Assembly (NCBI RefSeq): GCF_964355755.1
Contig: NC_092674.1
Location: forward strand, 28,210,001-28,274,000
Origin: Antedon mediterranea
Taxonomy: Eukaryota > Animalia > Echinodermata
DNA: 64,000 bases
Reading direction: 5' to 3'
Positions 25,640 to 39,214 of the stretch are shown piece after piece (position 1 is the stretch's first letter; every line of letters begins with the position of its first letter). The notes beneath the pieces were generated by a model. The model worked only from the letters and a program-made list of their open reading frames with translations, made no database searches and was not told where the DNA came from. A program made the translations under genes and the position numbers.

Positions 25640-25910
25640 AAAGGCGTATTTACACTAGGGCGATAACGACCGACGATAAATAGATAAACATACATTTTAC
25701 CTGCATAAAACAAGAGAAATTATAAAAGTTTTCGTTCTAGAACTATTAACTAACATAATGATCAGTTATGCTAATTTGCTTTCATCAAAGACAGCGTAGA
25801 TTGTTATAGTTCTAGACTGAAAACTTTTAAATTTCTTTTTTGCATTATGTATGAAAAATGCATATTTATCTAGTTAGCGTCGATCGTTATCGCCGTGTGA
25901 ATGGGCCTTA
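25640..25910. mobile_element. Palindromic MITE
   Basis: aaggcgtatttacac..ggcgataacgaccgacg versus cgtcgatcgttatcgcc..gtgaatgggcctta; arms extend inward to tctagaactat/atagttctaga; next to a (TA)n run. Confidence 0.75.
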
Positions 25911-27002
25911 AGTGTGGGGTTTCTTCCAGACTATTGATGAACAGCGCTTGTTCAAAGAATAGTGTTGTATCAATTATTCCTAAATTGACGTGCTAATTGC
26001 AAAAACGCTATTTTATAATTTACAATAATGTTAAAACGCAGTTTACAAAACGTTGAAAATGTTAAAATATTGTTAAAACGATTAATGTTGAAAGTTTAAA
26101 AAAAATGACAGTTTAATAGAGTTATCGTTGGACGTTTGTATGATATGCATAATATGAATGATATTTAAAACAAAGAACTTCCTTGTTCTACATAGATTGG
26201 CTTTAAACTACAGTAATGTAACGGATGAGAGAGTATCCTACTCGAAAAAAAATAATTATTCAATTCGATCTTATGTTTACTTTTTGTTTGCCATTATTTA
26301 GTAAACTTGATGAGCTACTAGGCCAAGTAAGTTAAGTAGGCCAGACCTTACCCTTCTGATGTAAGAGTAGGGAAAACATCGGATTAATTAACTTCCCTCC
26401 CTGAAGTTAATTCGACTAAAGACTAAATATATTATTTATGAAAGAATTTCTATTTTACTTCGTAGGACATCTTTTATTTATTATGGACCATATTCATAAA
26501 ATATTATGCCTTTTAATCTTAAATTGTCCAATACTTTAGCTTCTTTAAAAAACATATATAAACAATTAATAATTCATAGTTATGCACATTAGTTTTTTGT
26601 TTTTTATTTGTTTTGTTTTCTGCACTTAGAAGATATATTATTTTATATTGTTTTTCTACTTCCTTATTTCAGTCATCACCATATTTATTGGTGGGTTCTG
26701 ACCTAAAGCCATTATGGCTTATTGTAATCTCCACACAACCTAATATTTCATTATTATTTATTTAAAAAAATGTATACACTGTGTTATATTGTGTGTGAAA
26801 TAAAACTGAAAGTAGTCTACTTATTTTGTGGTATGTTTATGTTGCGAAAATTGGTCAAATGCATCCACAATCTAGCTAAATGCAGTGGCAAAGATGCAAC
26901 CAACTGTTCTTTTGAAATATTTATGTTGTTGGTGGTTGTGTAGTTGAATAAATGTGCAAGATTGTTTTTTAAATCATCTCAATTTACTTAAAATCAGTAA
27001 CC

Positions 27003-29652
27003 ATGTCAGAAGAAACTAAGAAACTACCTGGACCTCGAGGAGGACTCATTTTGGGAAGCCTAAACGAGATCGGACCAAAGGCTCACGTGACTTGGACAAA
27101 GTGGTCTGCGACATACGGTCCTATCTTTAGAGTTGATCTTGGACCGCTGGGGGATAGTGTGGTTCTAAGTGATTATAATGTACTCAAGAAAGCTTTTGAA
27201 GACAACGCTGATGTGTTCTCTGGTCGATTCGTCTTGCCAATTGTTGAGAAGGCAGGTTCCCACGGTAAGTTTACTTTCATCACATGACAAGAATCCATTA
27301 CAAGTTAATGTGGAGGCATAGACAGAATTTAAATCTTTGGAGAATCTATTACTACTATAACAGTAACATTACATGACGTGATAGAATATTGTACAAGTTT
27401 GCAAACAAAATAAATAATAACAAATAAATAATAACAAATAAATAATAACAAATAAATAATAACAAATACATAAATCAAAACTAACTGCTGTAACATAAAA
27501 TAAAGGAAAATATATTTCAATGAGGCCCTTAAGTTAAAAATTGTTTGGGTTTGGTTGGCTACTGCAGTATGATGGTTCTGGAGGTCTCTTATTATGTGCA
27601 GTTGAGTTCAGTTGTCTTCATGAAACAGGATCTCTGTAAGGATTGAGGTTCCTCTTCCATGTCAATATACTCGGGGATCATGCAAAACGAAACAGTATAC
27701 ACTATTACGTTTGGTATAACATACACATGAACTGGTATTTTTTAGGAACGTTAAGTTGGGAAGTCGGCGAGATACATGAAAAACGTACACGACTCACACT
27801 GGCAGTTTTGGAGAAGCTAGATCTCAACAAATTGGCCCAGAATGAGGTGGAAGCATTTTGCGACATGCTTAAAGAGAGGCAAGATAAATCGCCTAGCACA
27901 CTTTATGAAATGATCCACGAATCGAATATGAACATGGCACTCGCCTACACATATCAACGCGGTCAAAGATGTCAATACGATAACGAAAAATTTCGACAAC
28001 GAATGGCCTTAATGGACAATGTGTCAGAAGCGCGAAGGAACCTTATTGCCGAAAACGTCAACTTTTTCCCATTTCTTTGGCACATAGGGTGCAGCAAATT
28101 CAGACAAGTTCACGACGCCCTACGATCGAATATCAATCAAGAATTGTCATCACGTGACCCTTCTATAGCTACCGTGCAGGATCTGATGGATGGTTATTTA
28201 GCAAAGGTTGATGGGATAGATTTTCCAGCTAAAGACTCTATTCCTCACATAATAAATTTCATTGGAGCATCACTTTCGCTTAAGACCGCGATACAATGGC
28301 TATTACTACTTATCACAAAACACAAAGATGTCCAAACTAAGGTAAGGCCTATACAGTATGTTGTTTTGATTTCAACAAACTATGTCACATGAAAATAAGA
28401 GAGGATTCGTTCCTTTAACAAAATATGATTTGTAACGGTATGATTCAGCTAATGTTGACAATTAACATTATTATTTTAACATAATAAAACAATTCAACCT
28501 TTGAAGCTCACCATGGTAACAAAACGGTAAAACACAAACTCCGGATTTGGCAGGCAAAGTTTTCCAAAGTTTTCTATTGTAGAGTAGACGTTGGTAAATT
28601 TTTCAGAAGTCTACAGTAGCAACATTTGGTAAAGTGTGCGGCATATATTAACATTATAGTAATTTTTGTATTTATATAGATTCAAAATGAAGTTACGTCT
28701 GTGTTTGGTGATGAGGTTCCCACGATGGAGGGCATCGACAAAGTGCCATACACCAGCGCTACCATCCGCGAAACACTGCGTATCGCGTGTCCCGCTGCGC
28801 AAGTCGTACCTCACATGACACGAGCTGACGTCAAGTTCGAGGGGTATGACATTAAAAATGGAACCGTTGTATTTGGAAATATTTGGGGACTTCATCATGA
28901 TACGAAATACTGGGAAGAGCCGGAGACGTTTAACCCGGACAGATTCCTAAACAGTAAAGGGAAATTGGATAACATAGACGAAGAATCATATGTTCCGTTT
29001 GGTCGAGGTAGGATTGTTTATATATCAACTAATAACAGGCAACTTTCAAAAGTTTGAGATAATACTATTGTAATAATGAAATAAAAGCGCAAGCATTTTT
29101 AGTCTATATGCAATTATCTGGTTAAAATGTGTCACTTACTTGAGAAAGAATGAATCTGGTATGAAATGTTTGTATGTGTTGCATTTGTATATTGCAATAT
29201 TGGTGTCGTACTGTCTCTTTTTACCCATTGTATCATATTTGATTATATTTTTTTAGATGTGACCACAGGCAAGAAAAATTTTGAGCCAGAGTGCTTGACG
29301 AAATAAAGTAATTGAATTGAGGGCGCTTCGTGAATAACACGCGTTTAAAAAATGATAATTACTTTAGAATGTGTTGATACGTTATCTATGAAAGAATAAA
29401 CAACATGGTCTGAATCTTATTTATTGATTTATTTAAATTTTATGTTTTAATTTAGGAAAGCGAAGATGTCCAGGTGAGGATTTTAGTAAAAGAGTCATGT
29501 TTCTGTACATTACCAGCATCTATCAAAAGTTCGGATTTGAAGAGGTCGAAGGTCACCCACTTCCTGATGTCGATGATGGAATAATTCATGGAGGTCGACA
29601 TAAACCTCCTCCCTACAAAGTTAAAATTGTTCCACGTTCAGACGGAGAATAA
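27003..29652 (+). CDS. Cytochrome P450 copy 1 (clan 2-like, 460 aa): exons 27003-27264, 27746-28341, 28680-29007, 29456-29652
   Basis: PGP hinge, YGPIF, ETLR, FNPDRF, FGRGKRRCPG; splice phases 1/0/1 give a continuous frame. Confidence 0.93.
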
Positions 29653-31009
29653 ATAATATTTGAAACTTCTTGTCTTTTAGTGGATTCTTCCCACTTTTAA
29701 TTCAATTTATATAAACATTTGTTTCTTCTTTACGAATTATTCTTTCTAAACATGTTCCCTAATTATGACTGACAATGGATTACCTTAAATATTCAACAAC
29801 AGTTTCCAAAGGTTTTTACAGGCCTTGGTAAGATTATTCCTTAATCCATGGACTGACGCGCACGCCCTGTAGGGAAAAAATAAATAATTTTTCCTTGATT
29901 GGAACATCTCTTTTGTAATTTTAAAATTAAAAATAATTGAATAAATGTTTTTCGTACAAAAATGTGTTCATTCAATTTATTATTCTCAATTCAATAGGTC
30001 CTATTTCAGAGTCTTTTCTGATTTTTACTTATTTATACCGACACACACCGGTTATCTGGTCCTAATACATTCTTTATTATGTTATGTTTACATCTGCGCT
30101 GATAATATACGCTGTTCAGCAGTTTTACGTGGTCTCTCTATATTTGTCCTATCATGTTCAGTATAATTCATAAAATGTTAAAGGATTAAATATATATAAT
30201 ATTAATTATATCAATCCAAAATACTGAAAAAATGACAATGCTGTGGGTATCAATGGCTTGATCTCATTAGGGATACAAAAAACAGCGAAAAGCTAAATCA
30301 AAACGATAAAGTAAACAGCCGGAAAAGTTAGCAGAGCTTTCGAGTAACACTAGCCCTTCATGCAAGTGAACCTGGACAAAGATAGATATATATATCTATC
30401 TATCTATCTATATTCAATATCCGAGCATTATGGAGTAAATTATATTAACAACAAGCCCTTGTTGACCGTAATTTAAATTACTGATTACAATCTTAACTTC
30501 CTAAATCTCCTTCATATATAGAGGAGTGGTACAAAACCAGAAGAAAAAAAACTGTACTTCCATACAGAACATGTAAGCGGACAAATAGGACACATTTTGA
30601 TATCGTCGTACGTAGGCCTACACACAACAAGAGTATACATACTAGGTACCGGTAGAGTATTGAAAGAACTAGGGATATCCTCCTCAAAGACAATGAATTA
30701 TTCAATTGAATCTTTGGTTTTTTTTATGTTTGACATTATTTAGTAAACATGATATAGGCTAGGGCAAACATCTGACCAATTAACTCTCCCTGACGCGAGA
30801 AGTTAACTCGCAGTAGTAGTTTTTATAGTTTAAGTTACCCCGTAGTATGCCTATGTTTTGAGGAGAATTTATAGAAATGTCTCTAATATCGAATAAGATT
30901 CTCTGGAAATACTGGTGTTGGTGTTGGTTGTCTAGTTGGGGAAATATGCAACTAATGTTTTTTTTTTATATCATCTCAGTTTACTTACCGGTATTAAAAA
31001 TTACTAACC

Positions 31010-34000
31010 ATGTCGGAAGAAACTAAGAAACTACCTGGACCTCGAGGAGGAGGACTGTTTGGAAGCTTAAGAGATATTGGACCAAAGGGTCACGTTACTT
31101 GGACAAAGTGGTCGGAAATATACGGTCCTATATATAGACTTGATCTTGGACCGATGGGGGATAGTATAGTTCTAAGTGATTATAATGTACTCAAGAAAGC
31201 TTTTGAAGACAACGCTGATGTGTTCGCTGGTCGATTCGTCTTGCCAGTTGTTGAGAAGGCAGGTTCGCTCGGTAAGTTTACTTTTATGACATAAGGAATT
31301 CATTAAGTTAATGTGAATACAGAGATATATTTACATTATGGAACAATATATAAATACTGCAGTAACATTGCATGACGTGATAGAACATTGTATTTGTTTG
31401 CAAGCAAAATAAATTAAATAAAAACTACTAACATAGAAAATATATTTCAATTAGGCCCTCTGTAAGTTAAAAAATGGTTGGGTTTGGTTGGCTACTGCAG
31501 TATGATGGTTCTGGAGGTCTCTTATTATGTGTAATTAAGTTCCGTTCCGTCTTTATGAAACAAGATCTCTGCAAGGATTGAGGTTCCCATCCCATGTCAA
31601 TATACTCGAGGAACATGCAAAACGAAATAGTTTATATGACGGTATACACTTGGTATAACATACAAATGAACTGATATTTTTTAGGAACGTTAAGTTGGGA
31701 AGTCGGCGAGATACATGAGAAACGTACACGGCTTACACAGGCATTTTTTGAGAAGGTAGATCTAGATCTCAACAAATTGGCCCAGAATGAGGTGGAGGCA
31801 TTTTGCGACATGCTTAAAGAGAGGCAAGATAAATCACCTAGCACACTTTATGAAATGATCCACGAATCGAATATGAACATGGCACTCGCCTACACATATC
31901 AACGCAGTCAAAGATGTCCATACGATAATGAACAATTTCGACAACGAATGGCCTTAATGGACGATGTGTCAGAAGCGCGGGGGAACCTTTTTGGAGAAAA
32001 AGTCAACTTTTTTCCATTTCTTTGGTGCATAGGGTACAGAAAGTTCAAACATGCCCACAGTGCCCTACGATCGAATATCAATCAAGAATTGTCATCACGT
32101 GATCCTCCTATAGGTACAGTGCAGGATCTGATGGATAGTTATTTAGCAAAGGTTGATGGGATAGATTTTCCAGCGAAAGAGTGTATTTCGCACATTATGA
32201 ATTTCATTGGAGCATCAATTTCGCTTAAGACCACGATACAGTGGCTAGTACTACTTATCACAAAACACAAAGATGTCCAAACTAAGGTAGGCCTATATAC
32301 AGACACGGCTCAGAGATAACATAGCAAACTTTAGTTTGCAAACTCTGAGTTGTCATTGTTTGAAGAAGTTTGTTGTTTCGGAGTTTGCTTGAGTTTGCCA
32401 ATTAAAGTTTTCTGTAAAGCCTAAACTAAAGTTCTAGCAAACAATTGTTTGCAAACTCGAAGTTTGTCCTAGACCAACAAAAAAATGGTAAAACTCGAGT
32501 AAACTCTTGGTTTTCAGTAGTTTTCCAAAGTTTGCTATTGTAGTGTAGACCTTGGCAAACTTCGGCAAAAACAGTTTGCAGAAATCTATCGATATTTGTG
32601 GGGCATATATTAACCTCTATATATAAAGTATCGTTAATTCTGACCTAGGCAAGCACAATGGAAAAACTTCGGGACAAATCTCCGCCTTGGATACCTACCT
32701 TATCTATCTCAAATGTACAGCGAAACGTAGACATTAGTTTCCACTATTACGATATTGTTCCATATTTCTATCTTAGGAAGATATTATAAAGGGTTTTATA
32801 AAAAAAATTCTGATTTCATACGCGGTAGAAGTAATTTCCGGATTCACGGTAAGGTGTGTCAATCACCTTGCAAACTTTGCATGGTTGGTTTCAACTAAGT
32901 TGGCCGTTGGTGGCGATAGCCATTTTAGTTTTTTGTTTATTTTCGGACCGCGCGCGTGTGAAGGTATAGTAGTAAAACATACTGAGTATATTGTGGGGAA
33001 TATGTATATAACATACATATTACATTGAGAGAGCTCACTGTGTCGCGGAATAATATATTAATTATACCAATTAGGATGGTATTTATTTGAATAAACTCCC
33101 GGACCACCTCCCTAATAAAACATCAATTAAAAATTAGCTCCCCCCCCCCCCCCCCACACACACACATAAACACCCATCCACATTTATAAACACAATATTG
33201 TATTATATTTATAACACAAATGTACCATTTTTAGTAGATTTCATCGGACTGTTATACAATTTACCAAGTATAAATTGTTATTCTTTTTTACCACTTTGCA
33301 TATCTACTAGATGGTTTAATTTGTAAATGTACCATATTATTAAAACTAAAAAATTTAACGTATCCCTCAAATAAGCACCTCCCCCAAATTAACTCCGCCT
33401 CCCCACATCCACACTATAAGGGCCCTACCAAACAATAAATACTATACGTAAAACGCTATTAATCATCTAAGACACTGTGAAACAGGTTAGTGCATAGGTT
33501 TAGTTTTACGAATATCAAGCATTTCAATAATGGTAACCGACAGAAAACGTCCAGGCCAGAATGTCCTTCTAAATCTTTTTACCCGAGACATTGTCATTCC
33601 GAGAACCATCGTCTACACTTCCTAGAGGGGGAGTGAGCGAAGCGAGCTTACTTTCTAGTTATAGTAATTTTTGTATTTATTATATAGATTCAAAATGAAG
33701 TTACGTCTGTCTTTGGTGATGAGGTTCCCACGATGGAGGGAATCTATAAAGTGCCGTACACCAGCGCTACCATCTACGAAACACTGCGCATCGCGTGTCC
33801 TGCGCAAATCATACCTCACATGACAACATCCGACGTCAAGTTAGAGGGATATGACATTAAAAAGGGAACAATTGCATTTGGAAATGTTTGGGGAATTCAT
33901 CATGATCCGAAATATTGGAAAGAGCCGGAGACGTTTAACCCGGACAGATTCCTGAACAGTGAAGGGAAATTGGATCATAAAGACGAAGAATCGTATATTC

Positions 34001-34458
34001 CATTTGGGCGAGGTAGGATATTCGTTTACATATCAAATAATAACAGCCGATTTTCAAATAAAAAAATTCAGATAATAACGAATACACTGTATTGTAACGA
34101 AAACGGAAGGCTTTCAGCCGATGCAATGACATGGTTAAAATGTGTCACTTATTTGAGAAAGAATTAGCCTGGTGATGGAAGAGACTGATATTTATATTAA
34201 GCAGTCGTCAACGTTTTGTCAAATGAATTAATTCTATTTATTTATTGAAATTTTAATTTAGGAAAGCGAAGATGTTTAGGTGAGGAATTAAGTAAGAGAG
34301 TCATGTTTCTGTACCTTACCAGCATCTATCAAAAGTTCGGATTTGAAGAGGTCGAAGGCCACCCACTTCCTGATGTCGATGATGGAATAATTCACGGAGG
34401 CCGACATAAACCTCCTCCCTACAAAGTTAAAATTGTTCCACGTTCAGACGGAAAATAA
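31010..34458 (+). CDS. Cytochrome P450 copy 2: exons 31010-31271, 31685-32286, 33688-34012, 34262-34458
   Basis: Same exon structure; ETLR, FNPDRF, FGRGKRRCLG; open frame. Confidence 0.92.
32616..33658 (+). mobile_element. Non-autonomous Helitron in CYP copy 2 intron 2
   Basis: Starts TCtatatataaa and ends with hairpin gtgagcgaagcgagcttac plus CTAG before T; no TSD; the empty site ttaaca|ttatagtaa is visible in copy 1 at ~28650. Confidence 0.85.
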
Positions 34459-37079
34459 ATCATATTGACACTTTTGTCTTTTAGTGGATTCTTCCCTCTA
34501 TTACTATTAATTCATCAAAGATTTATATAAACATTTGGTTCTTCGTTACGAATTATTCTTTCTAACATAACGTTTTTTTTATGTATTTTAAAATAATATT
34601 GTGACTACCGTATTTATATTTGGTCAAACATGCAATCTGTGTATGAATTGTATATTTCACATATTAATTGCTACGCCTACATACATTATATATTTACATT
34701 TTGTAAGCCCTACTTAATAGAAAAAAAGGCCGTGCCGTAATTTTACTGTATGTCATTAATAATGGAGAGCATTCGATTTGGGACGACTACGCTATGTGCG
34801 CATGCGCACATATTGGAATGTGTCCGCTAGATCCAAGCGTCGATTGTGACTTGACCTAGGTTGGTCCGTCGGATCGTCGTCGCAAATCAAAATTAGCTCC
34901 TGACACACGCCCTGTAGGAAATTTTTCTTATGATACTACGTACCGTAGTGTTAGGTACAATAATTTGAAAATCTCTTTTGTAAATTTTTAATTAATTTAA
35001 TAAATCATGTTTGCGTGCATAACAAAATATTTTGCGTACAAAATGTGTTCGTACAAGAAATAAATTTAGTTATACACAATCAATAGGTCATCCTACCTCA
35101 GAGTCTTTTCTGTTTATTGACCGGAAATTATGACGGGACCAATTAACAAGATTTAGTGCAAGATTTTAATAATGGAATAAAAGCCAATTATTTTTTAAAT
35201 GTTTCTGGGCAACAATTCAAAATTATATTAGCTAATAGTAATAACTTAATTAGTTTCTTGTAACTTATTATTAAGGGTCTTTCACACCTGTTCCGGCACG
35301 GTTTCGGTCCGGCGAATCGAACATCAATGTTTTGTTTTCATGACGCTTTACGCGGCTATGGGCCAATCGATATGCGCGTAGCCGCGTAAAAACGAAACGT
35401 TTAATTGGATTTTCCGGCGCCGGACCGGAACCGTGCCGGTGTAAGATTTAAATGTGTCCGGTGTTTGAAAGTGTTCACTGGACAATTTTCAGCATTGAAT
35501 AGTGTAATACCAGCTGTTGAAAATGGTTGGAACCACCCGGGCAGCTTTCATCGATAAAAAAGTAGGACCATCGACATCGACATCATATTAACCCCGTAAA
35601 AACAAGGGCACTGGACGGTCACCAACTCCCGTTAGGGTAATTATAATTCCTTAGAATACCAACTTGAATCGCAAAATATCAAGTCGATTGAAATAAATAT
35701 TACTATTATTATATCTGGAGACATATAGTCTAATCAAATTAAATTGTTTGTTTTTGATTGAGTATATACAACCTGTTGTCAATTTGAAGTAAATCGACAA
35801 CTTGAAAAAATATATAGCCTACCGGTACTGTATTATTATTTCTAGGGAATGAATATCACTAAATCATATAGGCATAGGGCCTACCTATTTTCGTTCTCTC
35901 GAAATATTATTTCATTGGAATTCGAATTACTAATTCGCGAGAGAACGAAATAATTTCCCTCGAAATTATTTCGTTCTCTCGATCATTCCTTGTCTCGAAG
36001 TAGTAATTCGTTTTTTATATTGTTCAGTTCTTGAAATCTTATTTTGTTCTCCCTAAATATATTTGTTCCCTCAAAATATTTTTCAGTTCTCAAAATATTA
36101 TTTTGTAATATTCATAATACTTTTACTAATTTAATAATATTAACTGATAACAAAAGTGCTTTAAACAAGTAAGTTCGTCATTGTTAAAGTGAGTTCTTTT
36201 TCATTATATTTTTTTTCACAGATGCCTGATTTTTGGTTTTATTTAATAAAACATTGAATTGGTTAGTCACAATATTTTTTTTGTTTCTAGAGATTTTACA
36301 TTATTTATTTATTTATCTAAAATATATTTGAAAAACATTGTTGATGCATATTACCAAAAAATATTTATTTTGTTATATTTTATATGGCAAAATAAACACC
36401 TTAATTGCGCATCATAATTATTCGTTCACTCAAGGGTATTTCGGTTTTTTGTTTTTTTCGAATAATCTCTAAAAAAAAAACGTCCACCTCTCCTAAGGGA
36501 CCACTTCTCATAATTCCGTAACGACCACCTTTCGCAAATTACCACCTCTATTGAGGTGGTCACTTACGGGAGGTGTAGTCGGTAAAAGAAGTGGTCGTCT
36601 ACGAGCGGTGGTAGTTTATGAAAGCAGTCCGTTATGAAAGGTGGTTACCCCTTCAGGAGGTTGTCCATTGTGAGAAGCGGTCCTTTAACAGAGGTAGTCC
36701 CTTTTAAATATTAAAGGTGGTCGCTAACAAGGGTGGTTGCTTACGATCAGAGTGCTAAGTTTTGAAAGCCGATCACTTACGAGAGGTGGATAGACTGACG
36801 GCAAGTAGAGAAATACATTTGCACATGATTTAGACATTTAGGTTTGTAAAATATATAATATTTTATTAGCTGGCGATATTAACTACATTAGCTGTGAGGC
36901 TGTTGATGTTTCTACATCATTAGCTAGTTCTAGGTTTTATTATATGGGTGGATTTGACTTTTCTACACTAGCAGTTTTGAACAAGGCCTATTGTATTAGT
37001 TTAAATGGAATGCTACAAGTTTTATTATTTTTTTTTATTTATCGTTTTGTGTACTAAAGTGGCAGCATAATCAGTATTT

Positions 37080-37275
37080 ATTTTTACCAGATGTCAAGCA
37101 AGGGTAATGTCCCAATTGGTAATTGCCACAATTGTCAGGTCAACCTCAAAACAGCGGCTCTCGGGACCGGGTGAGTTGTATGATTTGTTTTTATTATTTT
37201 TTTTTTAATGCGCCTAGAGCACTCTGTGGTATGTGCGCCATAAAAATCCTGTTATTATTATTTGTTATTATTATT
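37080..37275 (+). mobile_element. L2-type LINE/SINE 3' tail
   Basis: ttgtatgattt...aatgcgcctagagcactctgtggtatgtgcgccataaaaatc(tta)n matches 60507-60606. Confidence 0.8.
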
Positions 37276-37279
37276 TCAC

Positions 37280-38740
37280 CTTTTAGTCGTGTCTGTCTTA
37301 CAGTAAAGTGATCTTTAATTGGAAGAGGACCAGTACAATTACTTGTTTTTTATGACAGGATTATAAACTATTTATTCCTCTTGTCTGTGCTCGTACAAAA
37401 TAATAAAACGGTCGCTAATTGGAAGTGTCTTAAAGTAAAGTGATCTTTAATTGGAAGAGGACCAGTACAATTACTTGTTTTTTATCACATGATTATAAAC
37501 TATTTATTCCTCTTGTCTGTACTCATACAAAATAATAAAACGGTCGCTAAATGGAAGTGTTTAAATTGAAGTGATCTTTAATTGGAAGAGGACCAGTACA
37601 ATTACTTGTTTTTTATCACATGATTATAAACTATTTCTTCTTCTTGTCTTTATTCATACAAAATAATATAACGGTCGCTAATTGGAAGTGTCTTAAACTG
37701 AAGTGATCTTTAATTGGAAGAGGACCAGTACATTTACTTAATTTTGTCACATAATTAAACTATTAATTATTCTTGCCTTTACTCATACCAATTAATAAAA
37801 ATGGTCGCTAGTTAGAGGTGTCTTAAACTGAAGTGATCTTTAATTGGAAGAGGACCAGTACATTTACTTAATTTTGTCACATAATTAAACTATTAATTAT
37901 TCTTGCCTTTACTCATACCAATTAATAAAAATGGTCACTAATTAGAGGTGTCTTAAAGTAAAGTGATCTTTAATTGGAAGCGGACCAGTACAGTTACTTA
38001 ATTTTGTCACATAATTAAAACTATTAATTATTATTGTCTTTACTCATACCAATTAATAAAATGGTCGCTAATTGGAGGTGTCTATAAGTAAAGTGGTTTT
38101 TAATGGAAGAGGACCAGTACAATATTACTTGTTTTTGTCACAAAATTAAAACTATGTATTCTTTTTGTCTTTATTCATACTAAATAATATAATGGTCGCT
38201 AATTGGAGGTTTCTTTAAGTAAAGTGATCTATAACTGGAAGAGGACTAGTACAGTTACTTAATTTTGTCACTATCATAATTAAAACTATGTATTCTTCTT
38301 GTATTTACTCCTATCAATTAATAAAATGGTCGCTAATTAGAGGTGTCTTAAAGTAAAGTGACCTTTAATTGGAAGCGGACCAGTACATTTACTTAATTTT
38401 GTCACATAAATTAAACTATTAATTATTCTTGCCTTTACTCATACCAATTAATAAAAATGGTCACTAATTAGAGGTGTTTTAGAGGTCCAGTACAATTACT
38501 TGTTTTTTGTCACATAATTAATAACTATATATTCTTCTTGCTTTATTAATACTAAATAATATATTGGTCGCTAATTGGAGGTGTTTTAGGTAAAGTGATT
38601 TTTAATTGGAAGAGGACCACTTCATTTACTTGTTTTTGTCACATACTTAACAATTATTTATTCTTCTTGTCTTTTCAAATACCAAATAATATAATGGTCC
38701 CTAATCGGAGGTGTTTAGGCAAAGCGATCTTTAATTAGAA
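37280..38740. repeat. ~121-bp tandem satellite, ~12 copies
   Basis: aagtgatctttaattggaagaggaccagtaca...ggtcgctaattggaggtgtc recurs about every 120-125 bp. Confidence 0.95.
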
Positions 38741-39089
38741 AAAAAAAATTTGTTTGGCATCATTAAGTATTATTGGTTATTAAAAGAAGACAAGACAAGT
38801 GCAGGCGTGATAAAAACAACCACCTATCATAAAACGTATGATACAGTATTTAATAGTGGACGCATTTCAATCCATGGGCAAGAAACGGGCCGGACAGCAT
38901 TAAATTGTTGAAAAACGCCCACGAACCCGTTGAAACATGCAACTGGACACTATCCAATGCTGAAAAGTGTCCACCCGGACACTTTTGAATGCTGGACACA
39001 ATTCAATCTTACACCGGAACAGGTGTGAAAGACCCTTAAATAGTTTTTTAGGTTCAGAATGTGCGTGCTGCTGGATTATCTGTATTATT

Positions 39090-39214
39090 TGTTCGGATTT
39101 GAAGAGGTCGAGGGTCACCCACTTCCTGATGTCGGTGGTGGATACATTTATGGCGGCCGACATAAACCTCCTCCCTACAAAGTTAAAATTGTTCCATGTT
39201 CAGACGGAAAATAA
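39090..39214 (+). pseudogene. Orphan partial CYP exon 4 (with duplicated 3' flank to ~40230)
   Basis: FGFEEVEGHPLPDVGGGYIYGGRHKPPPYKVKIVPCSDGK*; no acceptor or heme Cys; downstream sequence parallels 34458-35270. Confidence 0.9.

Larger units (their letters stand above)
35275..39035. mobile_element. 3.76-kb non-autonomous DNA transposon with ~100-bp imperfect TIRs, flanked by TTAA
   Basis: ttaa|gggtctttcacacctgttccgg ... ccggaacaggtgtgaaagaccc|ttaa; no transposase ORF; interior made of tandem repeats. Confidence 0.85.

Noticed and set aside
37280-38740. CRISPR-like array
   Set aside because: Eukaryotic context, the intervening sequences are homologous rather than unique spacers, and no cas genes; the same applies to 23437-23990 and 41775-42137
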